Numbered from the stretch's first letter, positions 35,697-45,286 are shown. The stretch is 64,000 nt of DNA from Thermoanaerobaculia bacterium (GCA_036493875.1 DASXPB010000054.1:5764-69763), one strand, 5' to 3'. Made by a program: numbers and translations. The notes: generated from the sequence alone by a model not told the origin.

Positions 35697-36187
35697 TTGG
35701 TCCCCGGCTTCGCGTTCCGCGGGTCGTCGGCCGGGTTCACGTACTTGAACTCGACCGGTCCCTGCCCGTAGAGGACGATGTCCGCTCCCTTGTCTCCCGC
35801 GAACGCGTAGTGGTTCATGTTGGTCGGCATCAACGCGTAGCCGCCGGCGTCGAGCGTCTTGTTGCCCGCCGCCGTCTTGGACAGCTTGTCGCCCATGCCG
35901 AAGGTCACCGACCCGGCGGTGACGACGACGTTCTCGTCCGTCGGGTGGGAGTGCGCGGGGATCCCGTAGTTGGCCGGGAAGCGGACCCGGACCGCGTAGG
36001 CGCCGGGGCCCATAGGATTGCCGGAGAGGACCGCGAGCTGCGCGCCGGGCGGCAGCATCGGCGGGGCGGGCCCGAACTTGGCGTCGGGAACCGCGCTGAT
36101 GACGTGCGGCGTGCCCGCCTGCGCGACCGCCCAGGCCGCACAGACGGAGCCGAGGACGACCAGGCTCCAGGTCGAGAGCTTCTTCAT
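35693..36187 (-). CDS. secreted cupin-domain protein
   Basis: 164 aa. Signal peptide MKKLSTWSLVVLGSVCAAWAVAQA. Cupin core GIPAHSHPTDENVVVTAGSVTFGMGD. Confidence 0.7.
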   Translation of the reverse strand: MKKLSTWSLVVLGSVCAAWAVAQAGTPHVISAVPDAKFGPAPPMLPPGAQLAVLSGNPMGPGAYAVRVRFPANYGIPAHSHPTDENVVVTAGSVTFGMGDKLSKTAAGNKTLDAGGYALMPTNMNHYAFAGDKGADIVLYGQGPVEFKYVNPADDPRNAKPGTK

Positions 36188-36233
36188 GATTTCTCCTTTT
36201 TGGCTTCGACGACCATATCCGATCCGCGCCGCG

Positions 36234-36632
36234 TCAGCTCGTGGCCGCCAGCGGGACCGCCGCTCTCTGCTCCCGCGGCAGGAGCACCGAGAGCACGACG
36301 GCGACGAGGAAGAGCGCGGGCACGTCGCCCATCAGGTGTCCGTGGCTTCCGGGAGCCAACGACTGGAACAACATGATGAGTCCATGAACGGCGCTCGACC
36401 AGATGGTGAATTGGACAAGACTCCGGTTCGCGAGAGGATCGCGGGCGGCCGCGATCAGGAAGACGCCGAGCGTGGCGTAGACCCCGACGATCATCAGGAA
36501 GTAGTCGGAGTAGCCCATGTGCCACGACCACCCGGACGGCCACACCATCCCGAGCGGGTAGATGAAGAGGAAAACGACCCCGAAGCCGAAGAGGGCGATC
36601 TTGAGCCATTTCAAACGCGTGGTGTCGGACAT
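36234..36632 (-). CDS. hypothetical small multi-pass membrane protein
   Basis: Internal ATG 36632 of track ORF 36234..37040 (in frame). 132 aa with about four hydrophobic helices (LKIALFGFGVVFLFIY, YFLMIVGVYATLGVFLIAA, ...). Confidence 0.55.
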   Translation of the reverse strand: MSDTTRLKWLKIALFGFGVVFLFIYPLGMVWPSGWSWHMGYSDYFLMIVGVYATLGVFLIAAARDPLANRSLVQFTIWSSAVHGLIMLFQSLAPGSHGHLMGDVPALFLVAVVLSVLLPREQRAAVPLAATS

Positions 36633-36770
36633 GACCTCCTCCGTTAGGATGACGCAGGAAAGATTCCGGCGCCGAGTCGAGCCTAGAAAGCCCGATGGTC
36701 CCGGCGCTTGGAGGCCGCCTGGATTTTTCTTGAAGATCGCCGTCCCGGGGCGGCGCGATCGGGTAAGCCT

Positions 36771-38405
36771 TTGATTTATCGCTTCGAATGCTTCGAGCTC
36801 GACACCGACCGGTACGAGCTCCGCCGCGAGGGGGGGCCGGTCGCGGTCGAGCCACAGGTCTTCTCCGTCCTGACGATGCTGGTCGAGAACCGCCATCGCA
36901 TGGTGCCGCGGGAGGAGCTGATCGAGACCGTCTGGTCGAACCGCGCGGTCTCGGATTCCGTGCTGTCGAGCCGGATCAAGTCGGCGAGGCAGGCGCTGAA
37001 CGACGATGGCAATGCGCAGAGGCTCATCAAGACGGTGCACGGGCAGGGGTTCCGATTCGTCGGCGGCGTCGAGGCGGTCGAGTCGGCGGGCTCCCCGCGG
37101 CCGAGCGCCGTCCAGACGTGGGTCCGAGAGGTCCTGGCGCGTCCGGTCCTCGCGGTGCTGCCCTTCGAGACGGATGCTGCGGATGAGACGGATAAAACGG
37201 ATAACCGGGCGGCCGAGAGCTCCTACTTCGCCGACGGGATCGCGGAGGAGCTGATCTCCGAGCTCGCGTCGTGGCGCTGGTTCCCGATCCTCTCGCGCGA
37301 CTCCTCCTTCGACAGGACTTATGCCTCCCTGGCGGCGTCGCCACGCGGGGCGGCGCTGGGCGCGCGCTACGCGGTGGCCGGGCGCCTCGCGCGCAGCGGG
37401 GCGGCGCTACGCCTGACCGTCGAGCTGCTGGACACGGCGACCGACACGCAGCTCTGGTCCGCTCGGTACGACGGCCCGGCGTCCGAGTTCCTCGGCAGCC
37501 GCAAGCAGTCCGAGATCGCCGCGGAGATCTTCCGCCGAATCGCCCCCGAGCTGACCTCGGAGGAGACGCGCCGGGTCATGCGGAAGCGGCACGAGGACCT
37601 GACCGCCTGGGACCTCACGATCAAGGGTCTCTGGCATCTCCGCCGATCGACACCGAGCGATCTCGCCAGGGCCCTGGAGCTGCTCGAGGACGCAACCCGC
37701 GTGGATCCGGGGTTCGCTCTCCCGTGGGGAGTCATCGCGCAGACGCGTTTCGAGCAGGCACTCGCCGGTTGGAAGGGCGGGCAGGTCGTGGCGTCGCGCG
37801 AAGCGTTTCGCGGCATGCTCGAGGCCGCGAGCACGGCGGTCGACCTCGATCCCTCGTCGTGGATGGGACACACGCTGCTGAGCGCGGCGGAGCTCTGGAC
37901 CAACCTCTCCTTCGCGCGCGCGCGGCTCCACGCGAACCGCGCGCTCGAGCTCAACCCGAGCGCGTCCATGGCGCATCACTTCTCGGGCTGCATCTCGGGC
38001 TTCGCCGGTGACCTCGACGAAGCGATCGCGGGACAGTGCAACGTCTACCGAGTGGACCCCCGCTACGGCCACGCCGACGTCGTGGAAGCCGATCTCGGGT
38101 TGTGGAACCTGCTGAAGGGTGAGCTCACGAAGGCACGGGAACATCTGCGCCGCTCCGTCGCCCTCGATCCGGCCAACGTGCGCGCCCGGCAGCGCCAGAT
38201 CGTCCTGGCCGGATTCTCGAAGGACAGCGCCCTCGCCCGCGAGGCGCTCGAGGCCCTCGAGCGGCTGGGCGGAACGATGGACGAGCCCTATCTCGCCGCG
38301 TCCTATCCCTTCCAGGACGCCGCGCACGCCGAGACGTTCCGCGAGGGCCTTCGCGCGGCCCGAAGACTGGGCGGCAGCCGTGATCAGGACCGGCCGATCG
38401 CGTAG
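36771..38405 (+). CDS. winged-helix (OmpR/CadC-type) transcriptional regulator with a TolB_N-like segment and TPR repeats
   Basis: LIYRFECFELDTDRYELRREG...EELIETVWSNRAVSDSVLSSRIKSARQAL...IKTVHGQGFRF, then VLAVLPFET...YFADGIAEELISEL. The start is TTG 36771 or TTG 36708. No TM helix is seen. Confidence 0.8.
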   Translation: MIYRFECFELDTDRYELRREGGPVAVEPQVFSVLTMLVENRHRMVPREELIETVWSNRAVSDSVLSSRIKSARQALNDDGNAQRLIKTVHGQGFRFVGGVEAVESAGSPRPSAVQTWVREVLARPVLAVLPFETDAADETDKTDNRAAESSYFADGIAEELISELASWRWFPILSRDSSFDRTYASLAASPRGAALGARYAVAGRLARSGAALRLTVELLDTATDTQLWSARYDGPASEFLGSRKQSEIAAEIFRRIAPELTSEETRRVMRKRHEDLTAWDLTIKGLWHLRRSTPSDLARALELLEDATRVDPGFALPWGVIAQTRFEQALAGWKGGQVVASREAFRGMLEAASTAVDLDPSSWMGHTLLSAAELWTNLSFARARLHANRALELNPSASMAHHFSGCISGFAGDLDEAIAGQCNVYRVDPRYGHADVVEADLGLWNLLKGELTKAREHLRRSVALDPANVRARQRQIVLAGFSKDSALAREALEALERLGGTMDEPYLAASYPFQDAAHAETFREGLRAARRLGGSRDQDRPIA

Positions 38406-38962
38406 ACCAGGCTGAGGCGGCCGTCGGGGAGCTTTTCCGCCTCACGGAGGTCGAGGTCGCGACGGCCCTGGAAAGTGTCGAAGAGGGACTTCATCCCTTC
38501 GCCCGCAATCAGCGGATAGACGAGGAGGCGGAGCTCGTCGACGAGGCCCGCGTCGATCAGGCTCGCGAAAGTCCGCGCGCCGCCGACCAGGTAGATGTCC
38601 TTGCCGGATTGTTTCTTGAGGACGGCGAGCTCGTCGGCGCTCCGCAGGAACTTCGTGTTCGGCCAGGCGGCGGTGTTCAGCGTCCTCGACAGCACGTAGT
38701 GCGGGGTCCGTTCCGTCAGGCGGGCCCAATCGACTTCGGCCTTCGTAGGAGGGTTGCTCGTCCAGGCCGGCTTCCCGGGCTCGTTCCGGATCCCCGTCCA
38801 GTACCCCTCGTACCCGGGATACATCCCGCCGCCGAGTACGCACGCGTCGATCTGCTCGGTGAGGCCGAAGTCGTCCGACCATGCCCGCACCCAGTCCGCG
38901 CCCTTCGGCCCGTCCATCTTGCCGTCGACCGAAACCTTCATCGCCGCGATCAGCTTGCGCAC
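38384..38962 (-). CDS. dihydrofolate-reductase-like (RibD C-terminal domain) family protein
   Basis: VRKLIAAMKVSVDGKMDG...DIYLVGGARTFASLIDAGLVDELRLLVYPLIAGEG. I prefer GTG 38962 over the track ATG 39043. Confidence 0.75.
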   Translation of the reverse strand: MRKLIAAMKVSVDGKMDGPKGADWVRAWSDDFGLTEQIDACVLGGGMYPGYEGYWTGIRNEPGKPAWTSNPPTKAEVDWARLTERTPHYVLSRTLNTAAWPNTKFLRSADELAVLKKQSGKDIYLVGGARTFASLIDAGLVDELRLLVYPLIAGEGMKSLFDTFQGRRDLDLREAEKLPDGRLSLVYAIGRS

Positions 38963-39077
38963 TTCGTCCTCCTGGTCCTTCAACCCCAAATACGCAATTC
39001 GCGGTGCAGTCTCTTCGGCGCACCGGGCGCGCGCAATGGCCATTTGGGGCCGCGGCGCGCGACCACTTCAGGAGGGT

Positions 39078-39824
39078 TTATTTTCCCGTGCGGATCAGGT
39101 CCATGAACCGCCGCAGGGCGATTCGCGGGACGAGACGGCGCTGGTCGCGCGGCATGCGTTCGTCCATGATCTCGCGGGCGAGCTCCTGCGTCGCCTCGGA
39201 GGCCTTGCTCAGGTGACCGGAGTCGAACGGCGGCCGCGGGTCGTACTCGATCGCCAGCTGGATCGCCTCGGCACGGTCGCGCCCCGCGATCTCACCGGCG
39301 AGCCAGAGCGCGAGGTCGATGCCGGCCGAGACGCCGGCTGCGGTGGCGATCTTGCCGGATCGCACGAAGCGCCAGTCGGGGCTCGGCTTCGCCCCGAGGA
39401 CCTTGAGAACGCTCATCTTCCACCAGTGCGTGGTCGCGCGTCGGCCCTTCAGAAGCCCGGCCGCCCCCAGGATCAGCGCGCCGGTGCAGACCGACGCCGT
39501 CCAGATCGTCGTCTCGTGGACGCGGCGGATCCAGTCGAGGACGTCGTCGTCCACCATCTGGCCTGGTGTGGTCATGCCGCCGGGGACGAGCAAGACGTCG
39601 GCCGAGGAGGTCTCGGCGAGCGTGTGCGTCACCCCGAGCCGAAGCACGCCGCCCTCGACCGTCACCGGCCCCACGCGCTTGCCGACGAACCGCACGGAGG
39701 CGTTCGGAAGCCACGCGAACACCTCCCACGGCCCCACGGCGTCGAGTGCGGTCACGCCGGGGTAGAGGAGGATCGCGATCCGCAGCGGCTTCGGCTTCGT
39801 TCGGATTTCGCGGACTTCGCCCAT
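39078..39824 (-). CDS. DJ-1/PfpI-family (class I glutamine amidotransferase-like) protein
   Basis: RIAILLYPGVTALDAVGPWEVF, the nucleophile-elbow Cys in IWTASVCTGALILGAAGLL, and GVSAGIDLAL. Start at ATG 39824 (the track TTG 39854 is an alternative). Confidence 0.8.
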   Translation of the reverse strand: MGEVREIRTKPKPLRIAILLYPGVTALDAVGPWEVFAWLPNASVRFVGKRVGPVTVEGGVLRLGVTHTLAETSSADVLLVPGGMTTPGQMVDDDVLDWIRRVHETTIWTASVCTGALILGAAGLLKGRRATTHWWKMSVLKVLGAKPSPDWRFVRSGKIATAAGVSAGIDLALWLAGEIAGRDRAEAIQLAIEYDPRPPFDSGHLSKASEATQELAREIMDERMPRDQRRLVPRIALRRFMDLIRTGK

Positions 39825-39914
39825 TCCTGCGCGCCTCCGGGAGAGCGGACGCAATCACGGTGCCAGTGTCCAGCGCCTCGACAGATCGGCACCGGACTTG
39901 CTTCGGAGTTCCTC

Positions 39915-41156
39915 GTGGTCAGCGCGGCGTCGAAAGAGAGATCGCAGGGAATCGCGAGGCCCGAAACGGCCCCGGAGCCGTTTCGGATCCACGTCCCGGA
40001 CGCCTTGCTCGTGGACCTGAGGCGGCGGCTGGAGAGCACTCGACTTCCCGAGGCGGAAGCCGGCCCGGAACACGCCGAGGGGTGGGCCCTCGGAATGAAT
40101 CCCGGCTATTTGCGCGAGATCCTCGAGTACTGGCGGAACGCGTTCGACTGGCGCGCGCAGGAACGCGCTCTCAACGGCTTCGCTCAGTTCACCGCGACGG
40201 TCGACGGGACGCGGCTGCACTTCCTCCACGAGAAGGGCCGCGGGCCCGCGCCGTTGCCGCTCCTGCTCACGCACGGGTTCCCGGACTCCTTCTTCCGGTT
40301 TCACAAGCTGATTCCTCTGCTGACCGATCCCGCGTCGCACGGGGGCGACGCCGCGGATGCGTTCGACGTCGTCGTGCCGAGCCTGCCCGGGTATGGCTTC
40401 TCGGAGCCGCGTCCGGCCCACGGCGGGCTCTTCGGCTTCGGCGACCTCCTACACGATTTGATGCGGGACGTCCTCGGCTACGAGCGCTTCGGCGCGCACG
40501 GCGGCGACTGGGGCAGCACGATCACGGAGCAGATGGCGCGCAGCCATGGAGGCTCGCTCGCCGGGATCCACCTGACGGACGTTCCGTTCTGGCATGCGCT
40601 CCGGAGGTCCAGGAAGACCACCGGCGCCGAGAAGAAGTACTTGAGTCAGATCGAGGCGTTCCAGAAGAAGGACGGCGCGTACGCGATGATCCAGGCCACG
40701 CGCCCGCGCACGCTCGAAGTCGGACTCTCGGACTCGCCCGCGGGCCTCGCCGCCTGGATCGTCGAGAAGTTCCGGGAGTGGAGCGACTGCGGCGGCGGCA
40801 ACGACGCCTTCGAACGCTGCTACACGAAGGACGAGCTCCTCACCAACGTCATGATCTATTGGGCCACAGACACGATCGGCTCGTCGTTTCAGCCGTACTC
40901 CGACGTGATGAGCGCGGGCGCCCCGCGCTGGATGAAGGAGGCCGCGAAGAACCTGGTCGGGTCGAAGTCGGTGCCTGCCGGGTTCGCGATGTTCCCGAAG
41001 GACCTGTCGTCGCCCCCGCGCGAGTGGGCGGAGCGCTTCTTCCGCGTCGTGCGGTGGACCGAGATGCCTGACGGCGGGCACTTCGCCGCGTTGGAGGAGC
41101 CCGAGGTCCTCGCCGAGGACATCCGGGCGTTCTTCCGGGAGCTGAGGGAGGGCTAG
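39915..41156 (+). CDS. epoxide hydrolase (N-terminal EHN domain plus alpha/beta hydrolase)
   Basis: PEPFRIHVPDALLVDLRRRLESTRLP, LLLTHGFPDSF (HGxP), the nucleophile HGGDWGS, and MPDGGHFAALEEP. The rest of the 800-aa track ORF is antisense to two good genes. The GTG 39915 start is tentative. Confidence 0.8.
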   Translation: MVSAASKERSQGIARPETAPEPFRIHVPDALLVDLRRRLESTRLPEAEAGPEHAEGWALGMNPGYLREILEYWRNAFDWRAQERALNGFAQFTATVDGTRLHFLHEKGRGPAPLPLLLTHGFPDSFFRFHKLIPLLTDPASHGGDAADAFDVVVPSLPGYGFSEPRPAHGGLFGFGDLLHDLMRDVLGYERFGAHGGDWGSTITEQMARSHGGSLAGIHLTDVPFWHALRRSRKTTGAEKKYLSQIEAFQKKDGAYAMIQATRPRTLEVGLSDSPAGLAAWIVEKFREWSDCGGGNDAFERCYTKDELLTNVMIYWATDTIGSSFQPYSDVMSAGAPRWMKEAAKNLVGSKSVPAGFAMFPKDLSSPPREWAERFFRVVRWTEMPDGGHFAALEEPEVLAEDIRAFFRELREG

Positions 41157-41162
41157 GGGTCG

Positions 41163-41747
41163 TCAGCCCTTCCCGGGTCGCGTGAGCGGACCGAGCCTGC
41201 GCCCCGCGGCGCTGTCCGCGATGAGCCGCGCCAGGCGGCGCGCGCGAGTCTCCGATCGCTTTGCCCGGATCACCCAGTGGGTCGCGGTGCGGCGGTACCA
41301 GGGAGGCTGGGCGTCGAAGAACGCGGCGGCCTTGTGGTTAGCGCGGAGCGCAGCCTCCTGCTCCTTCGAGAGCCTCGCCGGCTGTTTCTGCTCGAAGGCG
41401 TAGACGCCGGTCTTCTCCGCTCGCCGGGCGGCGAACGCGCGGCGGCCCGCCGGACGGAGGCGGCCCTGCTTCGTCAGCGCCTTCACCCGCGCGACGTTGA
41501 CGTCGCTCCAGATGCTCGTCGGACGCCGCGGGGTGAACCGGATCGTGTAGGACGTCTCGCCGAGGCTGCGGCGCACGCCGTCGATCCAGCCGAAGCAGAG
41601 CGCCTCGTCGACGGACTCGGGCCACGTGAGGCTCGGCTTGCCCGAGCCCTTCTTGTGAAACCCGACGAGCAGCTCCTCCGCCGTCTCGTGATGCGCCTCG
41701 AGCCAGGCGCGGAAGTCGGCGGGCGTGGAGAAGTAGATCGGCTTCAT
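41163..41747 (-). CDS. YdeI/OmpD-associated family protein
   Basis: 194 aa. MKPIYFSTPADFRAWLEAHH...ELLVGFHKKGSGKPSLTWPESVDEALCFGWIDGVRR is typical of this family. Confidence 0.75.
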   Translation of the reverse strand: MKPIYFSTPADFRAWLEAHHETAEELLVGFHKKGSGKPSLTWPESVDEALCFGWIDGVRRSLGETSYTIRFTPRRPTSIWSDVNVARVKALTKQGRLRPAGRRAFAARRAEKTGVYAFEQKQPARLSKEQEAALRANHKAAAFFDAQPPWYRRTATHWVIRAKRSETRARRLARLIADSAAGRRLGPLTRPGKG

Positions 41748-41751
41748 TCGA

Positions 41752-41917
41752 CTCCCGACGATAGCGACCGCCGCGAGGGATTCCCGCCTTCTGCCAGTCG
41801 GCCGACCGAGTCCGGGATCGATACCGCCGACCTTCGGTCGGCGTTGCCTACTGTCGTGGGTCTGCCTCTGGTGGTCGGCTCGCTAGCGCTCAGGATGACG
41901 GGCTTCGCCCGTCACTT
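41752..41917. repeat. degenerate copy of family 1 repeat with a conserved terminal hairpin overlapping a stop codon
   Basis: 41881-41917 (cgctagcgctcaggatgacgggcttcgcccgtcactt) matches 35662-35698 at 36 of 37 positions. The left part is degenerate (cgatagcga..gagggattcc). The minus-strand TGA of the peptidase gene (41912-41914) lies in the stem. Confidence 0.6.
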
Positions 41918-44035
41918 CAGCATCATCCACAGATACGCGTACTGCAGGGCGGTGACCATCGCCGTCTGCTTGTTGACGGCGCCGGCCCCGTGGCCGCCCT
42001 CGGTGTTCTCGAAGTAGTAGACGGGGTGGCCCTGGGACTCGAGCTTCGCGACCGCCTTGCGAGCGTGGCCGGGATGGACGCGGTCGTCGCGGGTGTTCGT
42101 CCAATAGAACGGCGTCGGATACGAGGCGCCCTCCTTGATGAGGTGGTACGGGGACCAGGTCTGGATGTATGCCCAGTCCTCGGGTTTGTCGGGGTCGCCG
42201 TACTCGGCCATCCAGCTCGCGCCGGCGAGAAGATGGCTGTAGCGCTTCATGTCGGAGAGCGGCACCTGCACGACGACGGCGTGGAAGAGGTCGGGGTACA
42301 TGAGGTAGGTCCCACCGACGAGGAGCCCTCCCTGCGAGCCGCCCATGATGCCGAGGTGCCGCGGCGAGGTGATCTTGCGGGCGATCAGGTCGCGCGCGAC
42401 CGCCGAGAAGTCCTCGAAGTTGTGGATGTGGTTCTGCTTGACCGCGCCCTTGTGCCAGGCCGGGCCGAACTCGCCGCCGCCGCGGATGTTGGCGAGGACG
42501 AACACGCCCCCTCGCGCGAGCCAGGCCGCGCCGCGGGCGCCGTTGTAGGTCGGGACCTCGGACAGCTCGAAACCACCGTAGGCGTTGAGGAGCGTCGGCG
42601 CGGTCCCGTCGTCCTTGACGCCCTTGGGGCGGACCACGAAGTACGGGATCTTCGTGCCGTCCTTCGACGTGGCCTCGTACTGGTCGGTCGTCATCCCGGC
42701 CGCGTCGAAGAACGCGGGCATCGACTTGACCTTTTCGGGCTTGCCCCCGTTCTCGGACAGCCAGAGTGACTCCGGCGTCGTGAAGTCCTGGTACGTGAAG
42801 AACCAGTTCCTCGACGAGTCGTTCATGTACTGCGAAACGCCGTTCGGACCCGAGAGCTCGGCCGATCCGAGGCCCGGCGTCGGAATCTCGGTCCGTTTCC
42901 ACGCGTCGTTCTCGAGCGACAACGCCGTGAGCTTGCTCTTCACGTTGTCGAGGGTTTGGAGCAGGACTTTGTCGCGCGTGCGCTCGACGTCGGCGAGAGA
43001 GACCCGTGCGCTCGGCTCGAACAGGACCTCGATCCGCCGCTTGCCGCCGACGAGATCCTCCATCGGCGAGGCCAGGAGCGATCCCTCGCGATACGTCTTC
43101 CCATCGACGTTCCAGTCGCTGCGCAGCGAGAACAGGAGCCGGCCGCGGAAGAAGGCGCGCGGCTCGGCGTCCTCGGGGATTTCGACCTTCGCGAGCTTCT
43201 CGCCGGTCAGCAGAAACGTCTCCTGGCGGAAGAATGCCGGGGTGCGCGTCACGATGTCGTAGCGGCCGTCGCTCAGAATCTGGCTGTTGCCCGACGAGGC
43301 GACGTCCTCCGCCTTGCCCTCGAAGATCGTCTTCGCCTCCGAGAGCGGCGTGCCTCGCTTCCAGAGCTTCACGATGCGCGGGTAACCGGACGTGGTCAGG
43401 GATCCGGGCCCGAAGTCCGTGCCGACCCAGAGCGTGTCCTGGTCGCGCCAGGAGGTCTGCGACTTCGCCTCCGGGAGGGTGAACCCGTCCGGCACGAACG
43501 CTTTCGTCTTCGTGTCGAACTCGCGCACGACGTGCGTGTCCGAGCCTCCGGGGGAGAGGCTGATGAGGCAGCGCTCGTTGGCCGGCGGCAGGCAGGTTGC
43601 CCCGTGGAAGACCCAGGACTTGCCCTCGGCCTTCGCGAGCGCGTCGACGTCGAGCACCGTCTCCCACTCCGGCGAAGCCGTCCGATAGGAGGCGATCGTC
43701 GTCCGGCGCCAGATTCCGCGCTCGTGGACGTCGTCCCTCCAGAAGTTGTAGACGGTGTCGCCGAGAAGCTCGGGAGTAGGAGTCTTCTCCTTCGAGTCGA
43801 GGATCTCGAGCGTGCGCTTGAAGATCGGGTCGTACTCCGGCCGGGACTCGAGCAGCTTCGTCGAGACGGCGTTCTGCTCCTTGACCCAGGCAAGGGCCTT
43901 CTCGCCCTGGACGTCTTCCAGCCACTGGAACGGGTCGTCGGTCGTCGACGCCCCGAGGGCCGCCAGGGCAGCCACGGCCGTCAAGGCGACCGCCGCCACC
44001 GACGTCCGCGATCGATGCGCAGGAGTGCTCTCCAT
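41912..44035 (-). CDS. prolyl oligopeptidase (S9A family serine peptidase)
   Basis: 707 aa with a signal-like N-terminus. Motifs: DPFQWLEDVQGEKALAWVKEQN, the nucleophile GGSQGGLLVG, and RDDRVHPGHARK. Confidence 0.9.
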   Translation of the reverse strand: MESTPAHRSRTSVAAVALTAVAALAALGASTTDDPFQWLEDVQGEKALAWVKEQNAVSTKLLESRPEYDPIFKRTLEILDSKEKTPTPELLGDTVYNFWRDDVHERGIWRRTTIASYRTASPEWETVLDVDALAKAEGKSWVFHGATCLPPANERCLISLSPGGSDTHVVREFDTKTKAFVPDGFTLPEAKSQTSWRDQDTLWVGTDFGPGSLTTSGYPRIVKLWKRGTPLSEAKTIFEGKAEDVASSGNSQILSDGRYDIVTRTPAFFRQETFLLTGEKLAKVEIPEDAEPRAFFRGRLLFSLRSDWNVDGKTYREGSLLASPMEDLVGGKRRIEVLFEPSARVSLADVERTRDKVLLQTLDNVKSKLTALSLENDAWKRTEIPTPGLGSAELSGPNGVSQYMNDSSRNWFFTYQDFTTPESLWLSENGGKPEKVKSMPAFFDAAGMTTDQYEATSKDGTKIPYFVVRPKGVKDDGTAPTLLNAYGGFELSEVPTYNGARGAAWLARGGVFVLANIRGGGEFGPAWHKGAVKQNHIHNFEDFSAVARDLIARKITSPRHLGIMGGSQGGLLVGGTYLMYPDLFHAVVVQVPLSDMKRYSHLLAGASWMAEYGDPDKPEDWAYIQTWSPYHLIKEGASYPTPFYWTNTRDDRVHPGHARKAVAKLESQGHPVYYFENTEGGHGAGAVNKQTAMVTALQYAYLWMMLK

Positions 44036-44095
44036 GTCGTCACCTCACACAAGGAACGGGATCTTAACGAATAGGGCGGCGTTGCGGACCGACTT

Positions 44096-45286
44096 CTAGG
44101 ACTTCGCCGGCGATCCCTTGAGCCGATCCAGCTTGCCCTGAGCGCTGTCGCGAATGGCCTTGCGCTGGGCCTCGGTCTCCGCGAGGTCCGAGTCGACCAG
44201 CTTCAACGACTTCTCCGCGGCTGCGCGCGCCTCGTCCTTCTGGCCGGCGGCGAGGTAGGCGTCGCTCAGGCTGTCCCAGGCGTTGGACGACTGGGGGTGG
44301 CCGTCGGCGTTGACCTTCATGATCGAGACGGCGGACTTCGCGTCGCCCGACTGGAGGGCCGTGTAGCCCAGGAAGTTGACGAAGCGGGGCTCGAGGATCG
44401 GCGACTTCGGGTCCTTCGCGCGGGCGGCGGTCAGCGCGTCGACCGCCTTCGCGTACCCGCCGGGCTCGTCGGCTGTCAGCAGGAGGCGGACCTGCGGCGA
44501 GGCGCGGCGGGCGCGGTTGTCGGTCGAAGCCGGCGCGCCCTTGCCGAGGAGCGTGGCCTCGTACCACGCGACGATCTGGTCGGGCAGCTCGGGGTGCGGC
44601 GGAAACATGTCCACACCGTGGCCGCCGGTCTTGTACTCGACGAAGCGGTTGGTCGGGTTGTTCGAGGAGGCGTCGAGCACCTCCATCAGCTGGACCGCGT
44701 TTCCGTCGTCGTCCGCGGCCGCCAGCAGGAGCGGCGGAGAAGACTTCGTCTTGAGATGATTGCGCCCGGACTTGTCGGTGCTCCCCGAGAGGAGGACCAG
44801 CGACTTGATCTCGGGGTGCCGCCGCGAGAGCTGAATCGAGTTGTTGACGCCGCAGCTCGCGCCGCCGGCGCCGGTGACGCCCCGGACGCCCGGCTGCGCG
44901 GCGAGGTACTTGTACGCGACGTCCAGGTCGCCGGGCCAAACCTCCGTGACGAGCTTCGCGCGCTGGGCGTCCGGCAGGTCGTTGTGGCGAGCGCCGGTGC
45001 TCTCGCCGAAGCCGCGGTAGTCGATCGTCAGGACGTGAAATCCCGCCCGCGCGAGCCTCTCCGCGAGGCCGTTCCACGACTTGCGGTCCTTGTTGCACTG
45101 GTGGCAGAGGAGGATCCCGGGACCGGGCTTGCCGGCGGAGTAATAGGTCGCGGCGAGCCTCGCGCCGTCCGGGGCGGATAGGGTCGCGGGGGTCCCCGTG
45201 ACCGAGTCGGCGGCGGCCGCCGCCGCGCCGGCGACGGACAGGGTCAGGGCTACGGCGAGCGCCTCGAGGCGCCGGGACATTCTCAT
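44096..45286 (-). CDS. alpha/beta hydrolase (dienelactone-hydrolase-like) with a C-terminal TPR-like region
   Basis: 396 aa with GGAGGAGG upstream and a signal peptide. Motifs: GILLCHQCNKDRKSW, HVLTIDYRGFGESTG, GGASCGVN. The C-terminal region is helical repeats. Confidence 0.7.
   Translation of the reverse strand: MRMSRRLEALAVALTLSVAGAAAAAADSVTGTPATLSAPDGARLAATYYSAGKPGPGILLCHQCNKDRKSWNGLAERLARAGFHVLTIDYRGFGESTGARHNDLPDAQRAKLVTEVWPGDLDVAYKYLAAQPGVRGVTGAGGASCGVNNSIQLSRRHPEIKSLVLLSGSTDKSGRNHLKTKSSPPLLLAAADDDGNAVQLMEVLDASSNNPTNRFVEYKTGGHGVDMFPPHPELPDQIVAWYEATLLGKGAPASTDNRARRASPQVRLLLTADEPGGYAKAVDALTAARAKDPKSPILEPRFVNFLGYTALQSGDAKSAVSIMKVNADGHPQSSNAWDSLSDAYLAAGQKDEARAAAEKSLKLVDSDLAETEAQRKAIRDSAQGKLDRLKGSPAKS

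Noticed and set aside
38754-39914. Upstream 387 codons of the 800-aa track ORF 38754..41156
   Set aside because: It is antisense to two well-supported genes (DHFR-like and DJ-1/PfpI). Only the part from about 39915 onward has epoxide hydrolase motifs.
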